DNA of 64,000 bases from Eledone cirrhosa (Eukaryota), in contig OZ024743.1 in NCBI GenBank assembly GCA_964016885.1, positions 204,910,001 through 204,974,000 on the forward strand, in the 5' to 3' direction. Position 1 is the stretch's first letter, and every line of letters begins with the position of its first letter. A model generated the notes under the pieces. That model was not told where the DNA came from and did not search any database. It saw only the letters and a list, made by a program, of their open reading frames with translations. Made by a program: the position numbers and the translations under genes. Of the stretch, positions 9,356 to 23,593 are shown one piece after another.

Positions 9356-12300
9356 ATATATGTATATATATATATATATATATTTAATACACATATATAT
9401 GTGTAAATATATATATACACATATATATGTGTAAATATATATATACACATATATATATACACATATATATGTGTAAATATATATATATACATATATATGT
9501 ATATATATATATATAAACACCATTAAAAACTCCATTGAAAAGCTCATAAAAACTCATTAAAAACCCAATAAAAAGCACACTAAACCACCATTAAAAGCTA
9601 CATCCGAAACCCATTAAAAACTATATTAAAACACAATTAAAATTCCATTAAAAACCAGATTAAAATCCATTAAAAATCCAATTAAAAACAGTAAAGACTT
9701 AATTGTAAACGTAATCGAAAGCGCAAGTAAAACAACATTAAAACCATTTAACACCCCATTAAAACCCACAAAAATACCACCAGAACCCATTAAAATCCCA
9801 TAACCGCCATTAAAATTCCATTAAAAATATTATCAAAAACTTCATTTAAAACACACTGGAAACCCATTAAACTTCATAATTCTCGTTAAAAAAAATCCAT
9901 TAAAAACTCAATCAAAAACCCAATTAAAAGGCCATAAAAGAAACATTAAAACAGCATTTAAAATACCATTAAAAACATTAAAATCCCATTAAAAATACAT
10001 TAAAGGCCCATTAAAAATTCCACTAAAAACCTCATTGAAAACCCCATTTAAAACCTAATTAGAAGCTCATAAAAACTCCCAAAACCCAATAAAAAAACCA
10101 TTAAAACGTCATTAAAACGTCATAAAACGCTATTAAAACGTAATTAAAAATGTCATTAAAAACTCCATTGATAACTCAATTAAAAACTGCATTTTACCCC
10201 CCTCCTCCCCCATTAAAAACACATTAAACACTCCATTAAAATTACCATTAAAAACCAATTAAATACTCCATTAAACACTATATTAAAACCGCAATTATAA
10301 ATTCTTTAAAAATCCAATTAAAAACCATATTATAAACTCCATTAAAAATCCAATTAAAAACCCTACTGAAAATCCCATTATAAAATTACATAAAAAACCC
10401 ATAATAATAGTCCTTTAAAAAACCAATTAAAAATCCTATTAAAACGCCATAAAAAACACCATTAAAACGTCATTAAAAATACAATTGAAAACACCATTAA
10501 AAACTACATTGCAAATTCCATTAAAAGACCCATTAAAAACTCCATTAAAAACACCACTAAAAAGTCCATTAAAAAGCTCATAAAACCCATTAAAATACAA
10601 TTAATAACCAATTAACACTCCATTAAAAACCATTACAACCGTCATTAAAATGCCATAAAATACCATTAAAACGCCATTAAGAACGCCATTAAAATCGTCA
10701 TTAAAAACCTCATTAAAAACTACATTAAAACTTCATTAAAAACTCCATTAAAACCTCCATTATAAACTCTATTAAACTCCATTAAAAACTCAATTAAATC
10801 CCCCATTAAACCCCCATTAAGCCCCATTAAAAGCCCCTGAAAAATGAACTAAAAACCAATTTTAAAACCCCATTAAAACACAATTAAAAGTCCATTGGAA
10901 ACCCCATTAAAATTCCATTAAAATTCATTAAAAACTTAGTAAAAACTCGATTTTATACTCAATTAAAAAGGTAATTGAAAACTCAATTAGCACACCATTA
11001 AAAACTCATTAAAAAGCCCATAAAAACTCCATAAAAAATCTAATTGAAAAACATTAAAAATTCAGTTAAAAACCTGATTGAAAACCCCAATAAAAGTTCA
11101 TTAAAAAAAACTCCATTAAAAAATCAATCAAAACCCCATTAAAATAACATTGAAACTTATCGAAGCGTCATTAAGGATACCATTAAAAAACACCATTAAA
11201 ACGGCATTGAAAACCCATTATAAAAAATTAAAGGGTCCGTAAAAAACACCATTATAAATCCATTAAAAACCTAATTGGAAAACCCATTAAAACTCAATTT
11301 TAAAACTAGATTAAAAACGCAATTAAAAACGCAATTAAAAGCTCAATGAAAAACCATTAAAAACACCATTAAAAACTCTAAAAAAAAGAGCACTAGCCAT
11401 TAAAACTCCATTATAACCCATTGAAACCTACTACCCCCATTAAACCCCATTAAAATTGCATTAAACACATTACACATCCATTAAAGCCCATTAGAAGGAC
11501 CATCAAATATTTAAATTTAAACTAAATCAGAAACTCGCTTAAAACACCATTAAAAACACATTAAAATGTCACTAATACCATTAACAACCACACCAAAAAC
11601 TCCATTAATATACCATTAAAAACCGCATTGAAAACCCATAAAATACCAAGTAAAGATCTTTTAAAAAACTACATTAAAAACCCAATTAAAAAACCCATTA
11701 AAACGCCATAAAAGTCATTAAAACGTCATTTAAAGTACCATTAAAAACGTCACTAGAAACCCAATTAAAAACACATTAAAAATTCCATTTGAAACCATAT
11801 TAAAAATTTCATTAAATGCAATATTGAAAAACCCATTAAAAACACCAGTGAAAACTCATATAAATACTCAATTAAAAAACCAATTAAAAATCCTATTTAA
11901 ACGTCACTAAAACACCATAAAAAACACAATTAAAACGTCATTAAAACACCATTAAACTATCATTAAAAATTACATTGAAAACACCATTAAAAATTCAATT
12001 AAAACCCCATTAAAAATCCATTAAAAAGATCATCATGAACGCACTTAAACACCATCAAAAACGCATTAAAAATTAAATTAAAAACAATTAATTTTTTTTA
12101 TCAAACCCCCATTAAAATTCCATTAAAAACAACATTGAAAACCCCCATTAAAAGCTCATACAAAATTATATTAAAAACCCAATAAAAAACAATTACAACG
12201 CCATTAAAACATCATAAAAACTCATTAAAATGTCATTTAAAATGCCATTAAAACCCTCACGGGGGGAAACGCAATTAAAAACACCATTAGAAATTTCATT

Positions 12301-13608
12301 AAAAACTCCATTAAAAATCATATTTAAAGTCAATTAGAACCCTTATTATAAATTCCATTAAAACCCATTAAGTATCCAATTGAAAAATCCATTAAGAGCT
12401 CATTAAAAATACTCCATTAAAAACCCAATTAAAAATCATTAAAACGCATTTAAACACCATAAAAACACAATTAAAACGCCATTAAAAAGACCATTAAAAA
12501 CTCCATTAAAACATCCTTGAATCTATTAAAAATTTCATTAAAAACGCAATCAAAAATTCCATTAAAAACCCATTTAAAAACTCATAAACAACACCATTGA
12601 AAACCCAATTAAAAACTCCATAAAAAACCCATTAAACACCATCGAAAATCCCATTAAAACACCATTAAAAAGCCATTAAAACCCAATTTTAAACGCAATT
12701 AAAAACTGAATTAAAACACTATTAAAAACTCATAAAAAAAGGCTCATAAATAATGGGGTTTTCAATTGTTTTTTATGAAATTTATAATATGGCTTTTAAT
12801 GAACTTTTTAATGGGCTTTTAGTGGAGTTTTTAATGGATTTTTATGGAATTTTTAATGGCATTATTAATGGTTTTTTAATTGGGCTTTTTGTGATGTTTT
12901 AATGGCGTTTTTATGACATTTTATTGTGTTTTGTGGCGTTTTAATGGCGTTTTAATTGGTTTGTTATTGGGTTTTTAATAGAGTTTTATGAACTTTTAAT
13001 ATGGGGTTAATGGGTTTTGAATGTGTTTTCAATGGAACTTTTAATTGAGTTTTTAATGAAATTTCTAATGGGATGTGTAATTGAATTTTTAATTGGTTTT
13101 TAATGGGTTTAGTGGGTTTATAGTGGAGTTTTTAATGGTGTTTTAATGGTGCTTCGATTGAGTTTTTAATTGAGTTTTTAATTGAGTTTTTACTGAGTTT
13201 TTAATTGAGTTCTTATTTTATTTTATTTTATTTATTTTTTATATTTAATTTTTTTTTATTTTTTTTTATTTTATTTTAATTTTATTTATTTTATTTTATT
13301 TTATTTTATTTTATTTTATTTATTTTATTTTATTTTATTTATATTTTTTAGTTTTTTTTATTTTATTTTATTTTATTTTTTTTTATTTTATTTTATTTTA
13401 TTTTATTTTATTTTATTTTATTTTATTTTATTTTATTTTATTTTTTATTTTATTTTATTTTATTTTATTTTATTTTATTTTATTTTATTTTATTTTATTT
13501 TATTTTATTTTATTTTATTTTATTTTATTTTATTTTATTTTATTTTATTGAGTTTTTAATTTAGTTTATAATTTAGTTTATAACTTAGTTTATAATTTAG
13601 TTTATTTC

Positions 13609-13740
13609 TGCCTCTTCTCCCCCTACTGTCCTCTACAGCCAGATCTGCCTTTCTTTACCCCTCCCAAGTCTCTTCCCTCTTCTCCCCCTACTGTCCTCTA
13701 CAGCCTGATCTGCCTTTCTTTACCCCTCCCTAGTCTTTTC
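13609..13740 (+). repeat. 2x65 bp direct repeat (F3)
   Basis: Same sequence, with the TGCCTC start variant. Confidence 0.95.
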
Positions 13741-14499
13741 ATTATTCAGTTTTGTTTTTATCTTTCTAAAACATCCTAGTTTTAATGAAATTAAAAGGAA
13801 ATAGCAATCGCTATAAGTGTGCAAGCCAGCATGTAACTTCATGTGTGTGTGTTTTTAATGGAGTTTTTAATTGAGTTTTAATGGAGTTTTAATTGAGTTT
13901 ATAATGGAGATTTAAATGGAATTTTTAATTGAGTTTTAATGTAGTTTTAATGGTGTTTTATGCCGTTTTAATGGTATTTTAATGGGGTTTTTATTTGGTT
14001 TTTTATAAAGTTTTGGGTGCGCTTTTAATAGGGGTTTAATGGGTTTTCAGTGTAGTTTTTAATGACATTTTTAATGGTTTTCCAATGGAACCTTAGTGGT
14101 GTGTTAATGCAATTTTAATTGGTTTAATGGGCTTTTAATTGTGTTTTTAATGGTGTTTTAATTGAGTTTTTAATTGCGTTTTTATTGAGTTTTTATAACG
14201 GTTTAAATTTGAGGTTTTAATGTCTTTTCGAGGGGGGGGGGTTAATGGGGGTTTTAATGGAGTTTTAATGGGGACTTTTAATGGAAACTTTAATTTTGTT
14301 TTAATTGGGTTTTTATGGGTTTCCAATGTGGTTTTTAATGGCGCTTTTATTGGCATTCTTAATGATGTTTTAATTGTGTTTTAATGGGGGGTTTGGTTGG
14401 GGTTTTAATGGAGTGTTTTATGAGCTTATAATGGGGTTTTTAATGGGTTTTTCAAAATAGATTTTTAATTGAATTTTTAATGTGGTTTTTAATGGGATT

Positions 14500-14546
<47 letters not shown>

Positions 14547-14605
14547 GTGTGTGTGTATATATATATATATAGTGTGTATGTATATATATATATATAGTGT
14601 GTGCG

Positions 14606-14635
<30 letters not shown>

Positions 14636-14637
<2 letters not shown>

Positions 14638-15031
14638 ACACAAATATTAGCATATACATATTTTCTTAGTAATTGAGGATGTGTTTTTTATACATACATA
14701 TGCATATTGCATCCATACATACACACATACAAGCATATACATACACATACACACACATATATATACACACACTGTATATATATACATACACACACACACA
14801 TATATATATATACACCACACACTATATATATATATAGTGTGTGTGTGTATATATATATGTGTGTGTGTGTGTATGTATATATATATATACAGTGTGTGTA
14901 TATATGTGTGTGTGTATGTCTATGTATATGCTTGTATGTGTGTATGTATGTATGTATGCAATATGCATATGTATGTATAAAAACACATCCTCAATGACTA
15001 AGAAATTATGTATATGCTAATATTTGTGTTA
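14636..15031. repeat. 396 bp palindrome (F3)
   Basis: Same termini as in F1. Confidence 0.95.
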
Positions 15032-15230
15032 GTGTCTATATAAATGTATGTATGTAGTATATGCAAGTGTTCGTGCAAATTGAAAATAGATTTAATAATT
15101 TTAATAATATCTAGAACAATGTGATCTAAAAAAAATATTTTTTAAGATACGAATATATCGTTGTCAGCTTAATATGGCACTAACGCAAAATATAAATCCC
15201 AGTTTATATATAGTGTGTAACATGAAAGTG

Positions 15231-15267
<37 letters not shown>

Positions 15268-15421
15268 ATATATATATATATATATATATTTAATATATAT
15301 ATATATATATATATATTTAATATATATATATATATATATATATATTTAATATATATATATATATATATTTAATATATGTATATATATATATATTTAATAT
15401 ATATATATATATATATATATA

Positions 15422-15464
<43 letters not shown>

Positions 15465-15465
15465 A

Positions 15466-15509
<44 letters not shown>

Positions 15510-15591
15510 ATATATATATATATATATATATATTTAATATATATATATATATATATATTTAATATATATATATATATATATATATATTTAA

Positions 15592-15633
<42 letters not shown>

Positions 15634-18600
15634 ATACACATATATATGTGTAAATATATATATACACATATATATGTGTAAATATATATATACACATATA
15701 TATGTGTAAATATATATATATACATATATATGTATGTATATATATATATATATAAACACCATTAAAAACTCCATTGAAAAGCTCATAAAAACTCATTAAA
15801 AACCCAATAAAAAGCACACTAAACCACCATTAAAAGCTACATCCGAAACCCATTAAAAACTATATTAAAACACCATTAAAATTCCATTAAAAACCACATT
15901 AAAATCCATTAAAAATCCAATTAAAAACAGTAAAAACTTAATTGTAAACGTAATCGAAAGCGCAAGTAAAACAACATTAAAACCATTTAACACCCCATTA
16001 AAACCCACAAAAATACCACCAGAACCCATTAAAATCCCATAACCGCCATTAAAATTCCATTAAAAATATTATCAAAAACTTCATTTAAAACACACTGGAA
16101 ACCCATTAAACTTCATAATTCTCGTTAAAAAAATCCATTAAAAACTCAATCAAAAACCCAATTAAAAGGCCATAAAAGAAACATTAAAACAGCATTTAAA
16201 ATACCATTAAAAACGCCATAAAAAATATTAAAATCCCATTAAAAATACATTAAAGGCCCATTAAAAATTCCACTAAAAACCTCATTGAAAACCCCATTTA
16301 AAACCTAATTAGAAGCTCATAAAAACTCCCAAAACCCAATAAAAAAACCATTAAAACGTCATTAAAACGTCATAAAACGCTATTAAAACGTCATAAAAAA
16401 TGTCATTAAAAACTCCATTGATAACTCAATTAAAAACTGCATTTTACCCCCCTCCTCCCCCATTAAAAACACATTAAACACTCCATTAAAATTACCATTA
16501 AAAACCAATTAAATACTCCATTAAACACTATATTAAAACCGCAATTATAAATTCTTTAAAAATCCAATTAAAAACCATATTATAAACTCCATTAAAAATC
16601 CAATTAAAAACCCTACTGAAAATCCCATTATAAAATTACATAAAAAACCCATAATAATAATCCTTTAAAAAACCAATTAAAAATCCTATTAAAACGCCAT
16701 AAAAAACACCATTAAAACGTCATTAAAAATACAATTGAAAACACCATTAAAAAATACATTGCAAATTCCATTAAAAGACCCATTATAAACTCCATTAAAA
16801 ACATCACTAAAAAACCCATTAAAAAGCTTATAAAACCCATTAAAATACAATTAATAACCAATTAACACTCCATTAAAAACCATTACAACCGTCATTAAAA
16901 TGCCATAAAATACCATTAAAACGCCATTAAGAACGCCATTAAAATCGTTATTAAAAACCTCATTAAAAACTACATTAAAACTTCATTAAAAACTCCATTA
17001 AAACCTCCATTATAAACTCTATTAAACTCCATTAAAAACTCAATTAAATCCCCCATTAAACCCCCATTAAGCCCCATTAAAAGCCCCTGAAAAATGCAAC
17101 TAAAAACCAATTTTAAAACCCCATTAAAACACAATTAAAAGTCCATTGGAAACCCCCATTAAAATTCCATTAAAAATTCATTAAAAACTTAGTAAAAACT
17201 CGATTTTATACTCAATTAAAAAGGTAATTGAAAACTCAATTAGCACACCATTAAAAACTCATTAAAAAGCCCATAAAAACTCCATAAAAAATCTAATTGA
17301 AAAACATTAAAAATTCAGTTAAAAACCTGATTGAAAACCCCAATAAAAGTTCATTAAAAAAACTCCATTAAAAAATCAATCAAAACCCCATTAAAATAAC
17401 ATTGAAACTTATCGAAGCGTCATTAAGGATACAATTAAAAAACACCATTAAAACGACATTGAAAACCCATTATAAAAAATTAAAGGATCCGTAAAAAACA
17501 CCATTATAAATCCATTAAAAACCTAATTGAAAAACCCATTAAAACTCAATTTTTAAACTAGATTAAAAACGCAATTAAAAACGCAATTAAAAGCTCAATG
17601 AAAAACCATTAAAAACACCATTAAAAACTCTTAAAAAAAGAGCACTAGCCATTAAAACTCCATTAAAACACATTGAAACCTACTACCCCCATTAAACCCC
17701 ATTAAAATTGCATTAAACACATTACACATCCATTAAAGCCCATTAGAAGGACCATCAAATATTTAAATTTAAACTAAATCAGAAACTCGCTTAAAACACC
17801 ATTAAAAACACATGAAAATGTCACTAATACCATTAACAACCACACCAAAAACTCCATTAATATACCATTAAAAACCGCATTGAAAACCCATAAAATCCCA
17901 AGTAAAGATCTTTTAAAAAACTACATTAAAAACCCAATTAAAAAACCCATTAAAACGCCATAAAAGTCATTAAAACGTCATTTAAAGTACCATTAAAAAC
18001 GTCACTAGAAACCCAATTAAAAACACATTAAAAATTCCATTTGAAACCATATTAAAAATTTCATTAAATGCAATATTGAAAAACCCATTAAAAACACCAG
18101 TGAAAACTCATATAAATACTCAATTAAAAAACCAATTAAAAATCCTATTTAAACGTCACTAAAACACCATAAAAAACACAATTAAAACGTCATTAAAACA
18201 CCATTAAACTATCATTAAAAATTACATTGAAAACACCATTAAAAAGTCAATTAAAACCCCATTAAAAATCCATTAAAAAGATCATCATGAACGCACTTAA
18301 ACACCATCAAAAACGCATTAAAAATTAAATTAAAAAGCAATTAATTTTTTTTATCAAACCCCCATTAAAATTCCATTAAACACTCCATTAAAAACAACAT
18401 TGAAAACCCCCATTAAAAGCTCATACAAAATTATATTAAAAACCCAATAAAAAACAATTACAACGCCATTAAAACATCATAAAAACTCATTAAAATGTCA
18501 TTTAAAATGCCATTAAAACCCTCACGGGGGGAAACGCAATTAAAAACACCATTAGAAATTTCATTAAAAACTCCATTAAAAATCATATTTAAAGTCAATT

Positions 18601-19794
18601 AGAACCCTTATTATAAATTCCATTAAAACCCATTAAGTATCCAATTGAAAAATCCATTAAGAGCTCATTAAAAATACTCCATTAAAAACCCAATTAAAAA
18701 TCATTAAAACGCATTTAAACACCATAAAAACACAATTAAAACGCCATTAAAAAGACCATTAAAAACTCCATTAAAACATCCTTGAATCTATTAAAAATTT
18801 CATTAAAAACGCAATCAAAAATTCCATTAAAAACCCATTTAAAACTCATAAACAACACCATTGAAAACCCAATTAAAAACTCCATAAAAAACCCATTAAA
18901 CACCATCGAAAATCACATTAAAATTCCATTAAAACACCATTAAAAAGCCATTAAAACCCAATTTTAAACGCAATTAAAAACTGAATAAAACACTATTAAA
19001 AACTCATAAAAAAGGCTCATAAATAATGGGGTTTTCAATTGTTTTTTATGAAATTTATAATATGGCTTTTAATGAACTTTTTAATGGGCTTTTAGTGGAG
19101 TTTTTAATGGATTTTTATGGAATTTTTAATGACATTATTAATGGTTTTTTAATTGGGCTTTTTGTGATGTTTTAATGGCGTTTTTATGACATTTTATTGT
19201 GTTTTGTGGCGTTTTAATGGCGTTTTAATTGGTTTGTTATTGGGTTTTTAATAGAGTTTTATGAACTTTTAATATGGGGTTAATGGGTTTTGAATGTGTT
19301 TTCAATGGAACTTTTAATTGAGTTTTTAATGAAATTTCTAATGGGATGTGTAATTGAATTTTTAATTGGTTTTTAATGGGTTTAGTGGGTTTATAGTGGA
19401 GTTTTTAATGGTGTTTTAATGGTGCTTCGATTGAGTTTTTAATTGAGTTTTTAATTGAGTTTTTACTGAGTTTTTAATTGAGTTCTTATTTTATTTTATT
19501 TTATTTATTTTTTATATTTAATTTTTTTTTATTTTTTTTTATTTTATTTTTTTTTTATTTATTTTATTTTATTTTATTTTATTTTATTTTATTTATTTTA
19601 TTTTATTTTATTTATATTTTTTAGTTTTTTTTATTTTATTTTATTTTATTTTTTTTTATTTTATTTTATTTTATTTTATTTTATTTTATTTTATTTTATT
19701 TTATTTTATTTTATTTTATTTTATTTTATTTTATTGAGTTTTTAATTTAGTTTATAATTTAGTTTATAACTTAGTTTATAATTTAGTTTATTTC

Positions 19795-19926
19795 TCCCTC
19801 TTCTCCCCCTACTGTCCTCTACAGCCAGATCTGCCTTTCTTTACCCCTCCCAAGTCTCTTCCCTCTTCTCCCCCTACTGTCCTCTACAGCCTGATCTGCC
19901 TTTCTTTACCCCTCCCTAGTCTCTTC
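19795..19926 (+). repeat. 2x65 bp direct repeat (F4)
   Basis: Same sequence as in F1. Confidence 0.95.
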
Positions 19927-20691
19927 ATTATTCAGTTTTGTTTTTATCTTTCTAAAACATCCTAGTATTAATGAAATTAAAAGGAAATAGCAATCGCTAT
20001 AAGTGTGCAAGCCAGCATGTAACTTCATGTGTGTGTGTTTTTAATGGAGTTTTTAATTGAGTTTTAATGGAGTTTTAATTGAGTTTATAATGGAGATTTA
20101 AATGGAATTTTTAATTGAGTTTTAATGTAGTTTTAATGGTGTTTTATGCCGTTTTAATGGTATTTTAATGGGGTTTTTATTTGGTTTTTTATAAAGTTTT
20201 GGGTGCGCTTTTAATGGGGGTTTAATGGGTTTTCAGTGTAGTTTTTAATGACATTTTTAATGGTTTTCCAATGGAACCTTAGTGGTGTGTTAATGCAATT
20301 TTAATTGGTTTAATGGGCTTTTAATTGTGTTTTTAATGGTGTTTTAATTGAGTTTTTAATTGCGTTTTTATTGAGTTTTTATTTCGGTTTAAATTTGAGG
20401 TTTTAATGTCTTTTCGAGGGGAGGGGGGGGGGGTTTAATGGGGGTTTTAATGGAGTTTTAATGGGGACTTTTAATGGAAACTTTAATTTTGTTTTAATTG
20501 GGTTTTTATGGGTTTCCAATGTGGTTTTTAATGGCGCTTTTATTGGCATTCTTAATGATTTTTAATTGTGTTTTAATGGGGGGTTTGGTTGGGGTTTTAA
20601 TGGAGTGTTTTATGAGCTTATAATGGGGTTTTTAATGGGTTTTTCAAAATAGATTTTTAATTGAATTTTTAATGTGGTTCTTAATGGGATT

Positions 20692-20740
<49 letters not shown>

Positions 20741-20801
20741 GTGTGTGTGTATATATATATATAGTGTGTATGTATATATATATATATATATAGTGTGTGC
20801 G

Positions 20802-20831
<30 letters not shown>

Positions 20832-20833
<2 letters not shown>

Positions 20834-21227
20834 ACACAAATATTAGCATATACATATTTTCTTAGTAATTGAGGATGTGTTTTTTATACATACATATGCA
20901 TATTGCATCCATACATACACACATACAAGCATATACATACACATACACACACATATATATACACACACTGTATATATATACATACACACACACACATATA
21001 TATATATACACCACACACTATATATATATATAGTGTGTGTGTGTATATATATATGTGTGTGTGTGTGTATGTATATATATATATACAGTGTGTGTATATA
21101 TGTGTGTGTGTATGTCTATGTATATGCTTGTATGTGTGTATGTATGTATGTATGCAATATGCATATGTATGTATGAAAACACATCCTCAATGACTAAGAA
21201 ATTATGTATATGCTAATATTTGTGTTA
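20832..21227. repeat. 396 bp palindrome (F4); lies at the axis of the giant inversion
   Basis: Same termini; axis at ~21025. Confidence 0.95.
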
Positions 21228-21426
21228 GTGTCTATATAAATGTATGTATGTAGTATATGCAAGTGTTCGTGCAAATTGAAAATAGATTTAATAATTTTAA
21301 TAATATCTAGAACAATGTGATCTAAAAAAAATATTTTTTAAGATACGAATATATCGTTGTCAGCTTAATATGGCACTAACGCAAAATATAAATCCCAGTT
21401 TATATATAGTGTGTAACATGAAAGTG

Positions 21427-21463
<37 letters not shown>

Positions 21464-21511
21464 ATATATATATATATATATATATATTTAATATATATAT
21501 ATATATATATA

Positions 21512-21546
<35 letters not shown>

Positions 21547-21569
21547 ATATATATATATATATATATATA

Positions 21570-21604
<35 letters not shown>

Positions 21605-21632
21605 ATATATATATATATATATATATATTTAA

Positions 21633-21674
<42 letters not shown>

Positions 21675-22389
21675 ATACACATATATATGTGTAAATATAT
21701 ATATACACATATATATGTGTAAATATATATATACACATATATATATACACATATATATGTGTAAATATATATATATACATATATATGTATGTATATATAT
21801 ATATATATAAACACCATTAAAAACTCCATTGAAAAGCTCATAAAAACTCATTAAAAACCCAATAAAAAGCACACTAAACCACCATTAAAAGCTACATCCG
21901 AAACCCATTAAAAACTATATTAAAACACCATTAAAATTCCATTAAAAACCACATTAAAATCCATTAAAAATCCAATTAAAAACAGTAAAAACTTAATTGT
22001 AAACGTAATCGAAAGCGCAAGTAAAACAACATTAAAACCATTTAACACCCCATTAAAACCCACAAAAATACCACCAGAACCCATTAAAATCCCATAACCG
22101 CCATTAAAATTCCATTAAAAATATTATCAAAAACTTCATTTAAAACACACTGGAAACCCATTAAACTTCATAATTCTCGTTAAAAAAAATTCATTAAAAA
22201 CTAAATCAAAAACCCAATTAAAAGGCCATAAAAGAAACATTAAAACAGCATTTAAAATACCATTAAAAACGCCATAAAAAACATTAAAATCCCATTAAAA
22301 ATACATTAAAGGCCCATTAAAAATTCCACTAAAAACCTCATTGAAAACCCCATTTAAAACCTAATTAGAAGCTCATAAAAACTCCCAAA

Positions 22390-22445
22390 ACCCAAAAAAA
22401 CAACATTAAAACGTCATTAAAATAAAATAAAATAAAAAAAATAAA
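22390..22445. other. Inversion junction between forward and inverted arms
   Basis: Forward unit sequence ...AAAACGTCATTAAAA (unit position ~3970) joins directly to an inverted (TAAAA)n tract instead of continuing CGTCATAAAACGC; TAAAA at 22418-22422 is shared by both sides. Confidence 0.93.
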
Positions 22446-23593
22446 ATAAAATAAAATAAAAAAAACTAAAAAATATAAATAAAATAAAATAAAATAAATA
22501 AAATAAAATAAAATAAAATAAAATAAAATAAAATAAATAAAAATAAAATAAAATAAAAAAAAATAAAAAAAAATTAAATATAAAAAATAAATAAAATAAA
22601 ATAAAATAAGAACTCAATTAAAAACTCAGTAAAAACTCAATTAAAAACTCAATTAAAAACTCAATCGAAGCACCATTAAAACACCATTAAAAACTCCACT
22701 ATAAACCCACTAAACCCATTAAAAACCAATTAAAAATTCAATTACACATCCCATTAGAAATTTCATTAAAAACTCAATTAAAAGTTCCATTGAAAACACA
22801 TTCAAAACCCATTAACCCCATATTAAAAGTTCATAAAACTCTATTAAAAACCCAATAACAAACCAATTAAAACGCCATTAAAACGCCACAAAACACAATA
22901 AAATGTCATAAAAACGCCATTAAAACACCACAAAAAGCCCAATTAAAAAACCATTAATAATGTCATTAAAAATTCCATAAAAATCCATTAAAAACTCCAC
23001 TAAAAGCCCATTAAAAAGTTCATTAAAAGCCATATTATAAATTTCATAAAAAACAATTGAAAACCCCATTATTTATGAGCCTTTTTTTATGAGTTTTTAA
23101 TAGTGTTTTAATTCAGTTTTTAATTGCGTTTAAAATTGGGTTTTAATGGCTTTTTAATGGTGTTTTAATGGGATTTTCGATGGTGTTTAATGGGTTTTTT
23201 ATGGAGTTTTTAATTGGGTTTTCAATGGTGTTGTTTATGAGTTTTTAAATGGGTTTTTAATGGAATTTTTGATTGCGTTTTTAATGAAATTTTTAATAGA
23301 TTCAAGGATGTTTTAATGGAGTTTTTAATGGTCTTTTTAATGGCGTTTTAATTGTGTTTTTATGGTGTTTAAATGCGTTTTAATGATTTTTAATTGGGTT
23401 TTTAATGGAGTATTTTTAATGAGCCCTTAATGGATTTTTCAATTGGATACTTAATGGGTTTTAATGGAATTTATAATAAGGGTTCTAATTGACTTTAAAT
23501 ATGATTTTTAATGGAGTTTTTAATGAAATTTCTAATGGTGTTTTTAATTGCGTTTCCCCCCGTGAGGGTTTTAATGGCATTTTAAATGACATT
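22418..23593 (-). repeat. Partial inverted unit R0 (first ~1.17 kb of a unit)
   Basis: Reverse complement of the unit start through the middle of the (TTTTA)n tract. Confidence 0.93.

Larger units (their letters stand above)
6097..12228 (+). repeat. Macrosatellite unit F2
   Basis: Landmark to landmark, 6132 bp. Confidence 0.95.
12229..18493 (+). repeat. Macrosatellite unit F3
   Basis: Landmark to landmark, 6265 bp; has the longest punctuated (TA)n tract. Confidence 0.95.
1..22422 (+). repeat. ~6.1 kb macrosatellite array, forward arm (~3.6 units)
   Basis: Landmark AATGTCATTTAAAATGCCATTAAAACCCTCACGGGGGG recurs at 1, 6097, 12229, 18494 (periods 6096, 6132, 6265); all internal modules recur in the same order. 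Confidence 0.97.
18494..22422 (+). repeat. Macrosatellite unit F4, truncated by the inversion
   Basis: Follows the unit consensus until the junction. Confidence 0.93.

Noticed and set aside
20416-20433. G homopolymer length variation (GGGGA-G11 in F4)
   Set aside because: Homopolymer slippage or sequencing error; uninformative.
19673-23593. Inversion as a fold-back chimeric read artefact
   Set aside because: Variants do not mirror across the axis and the junction has its own sequence; considered unlikely but not excluded without raw reads.
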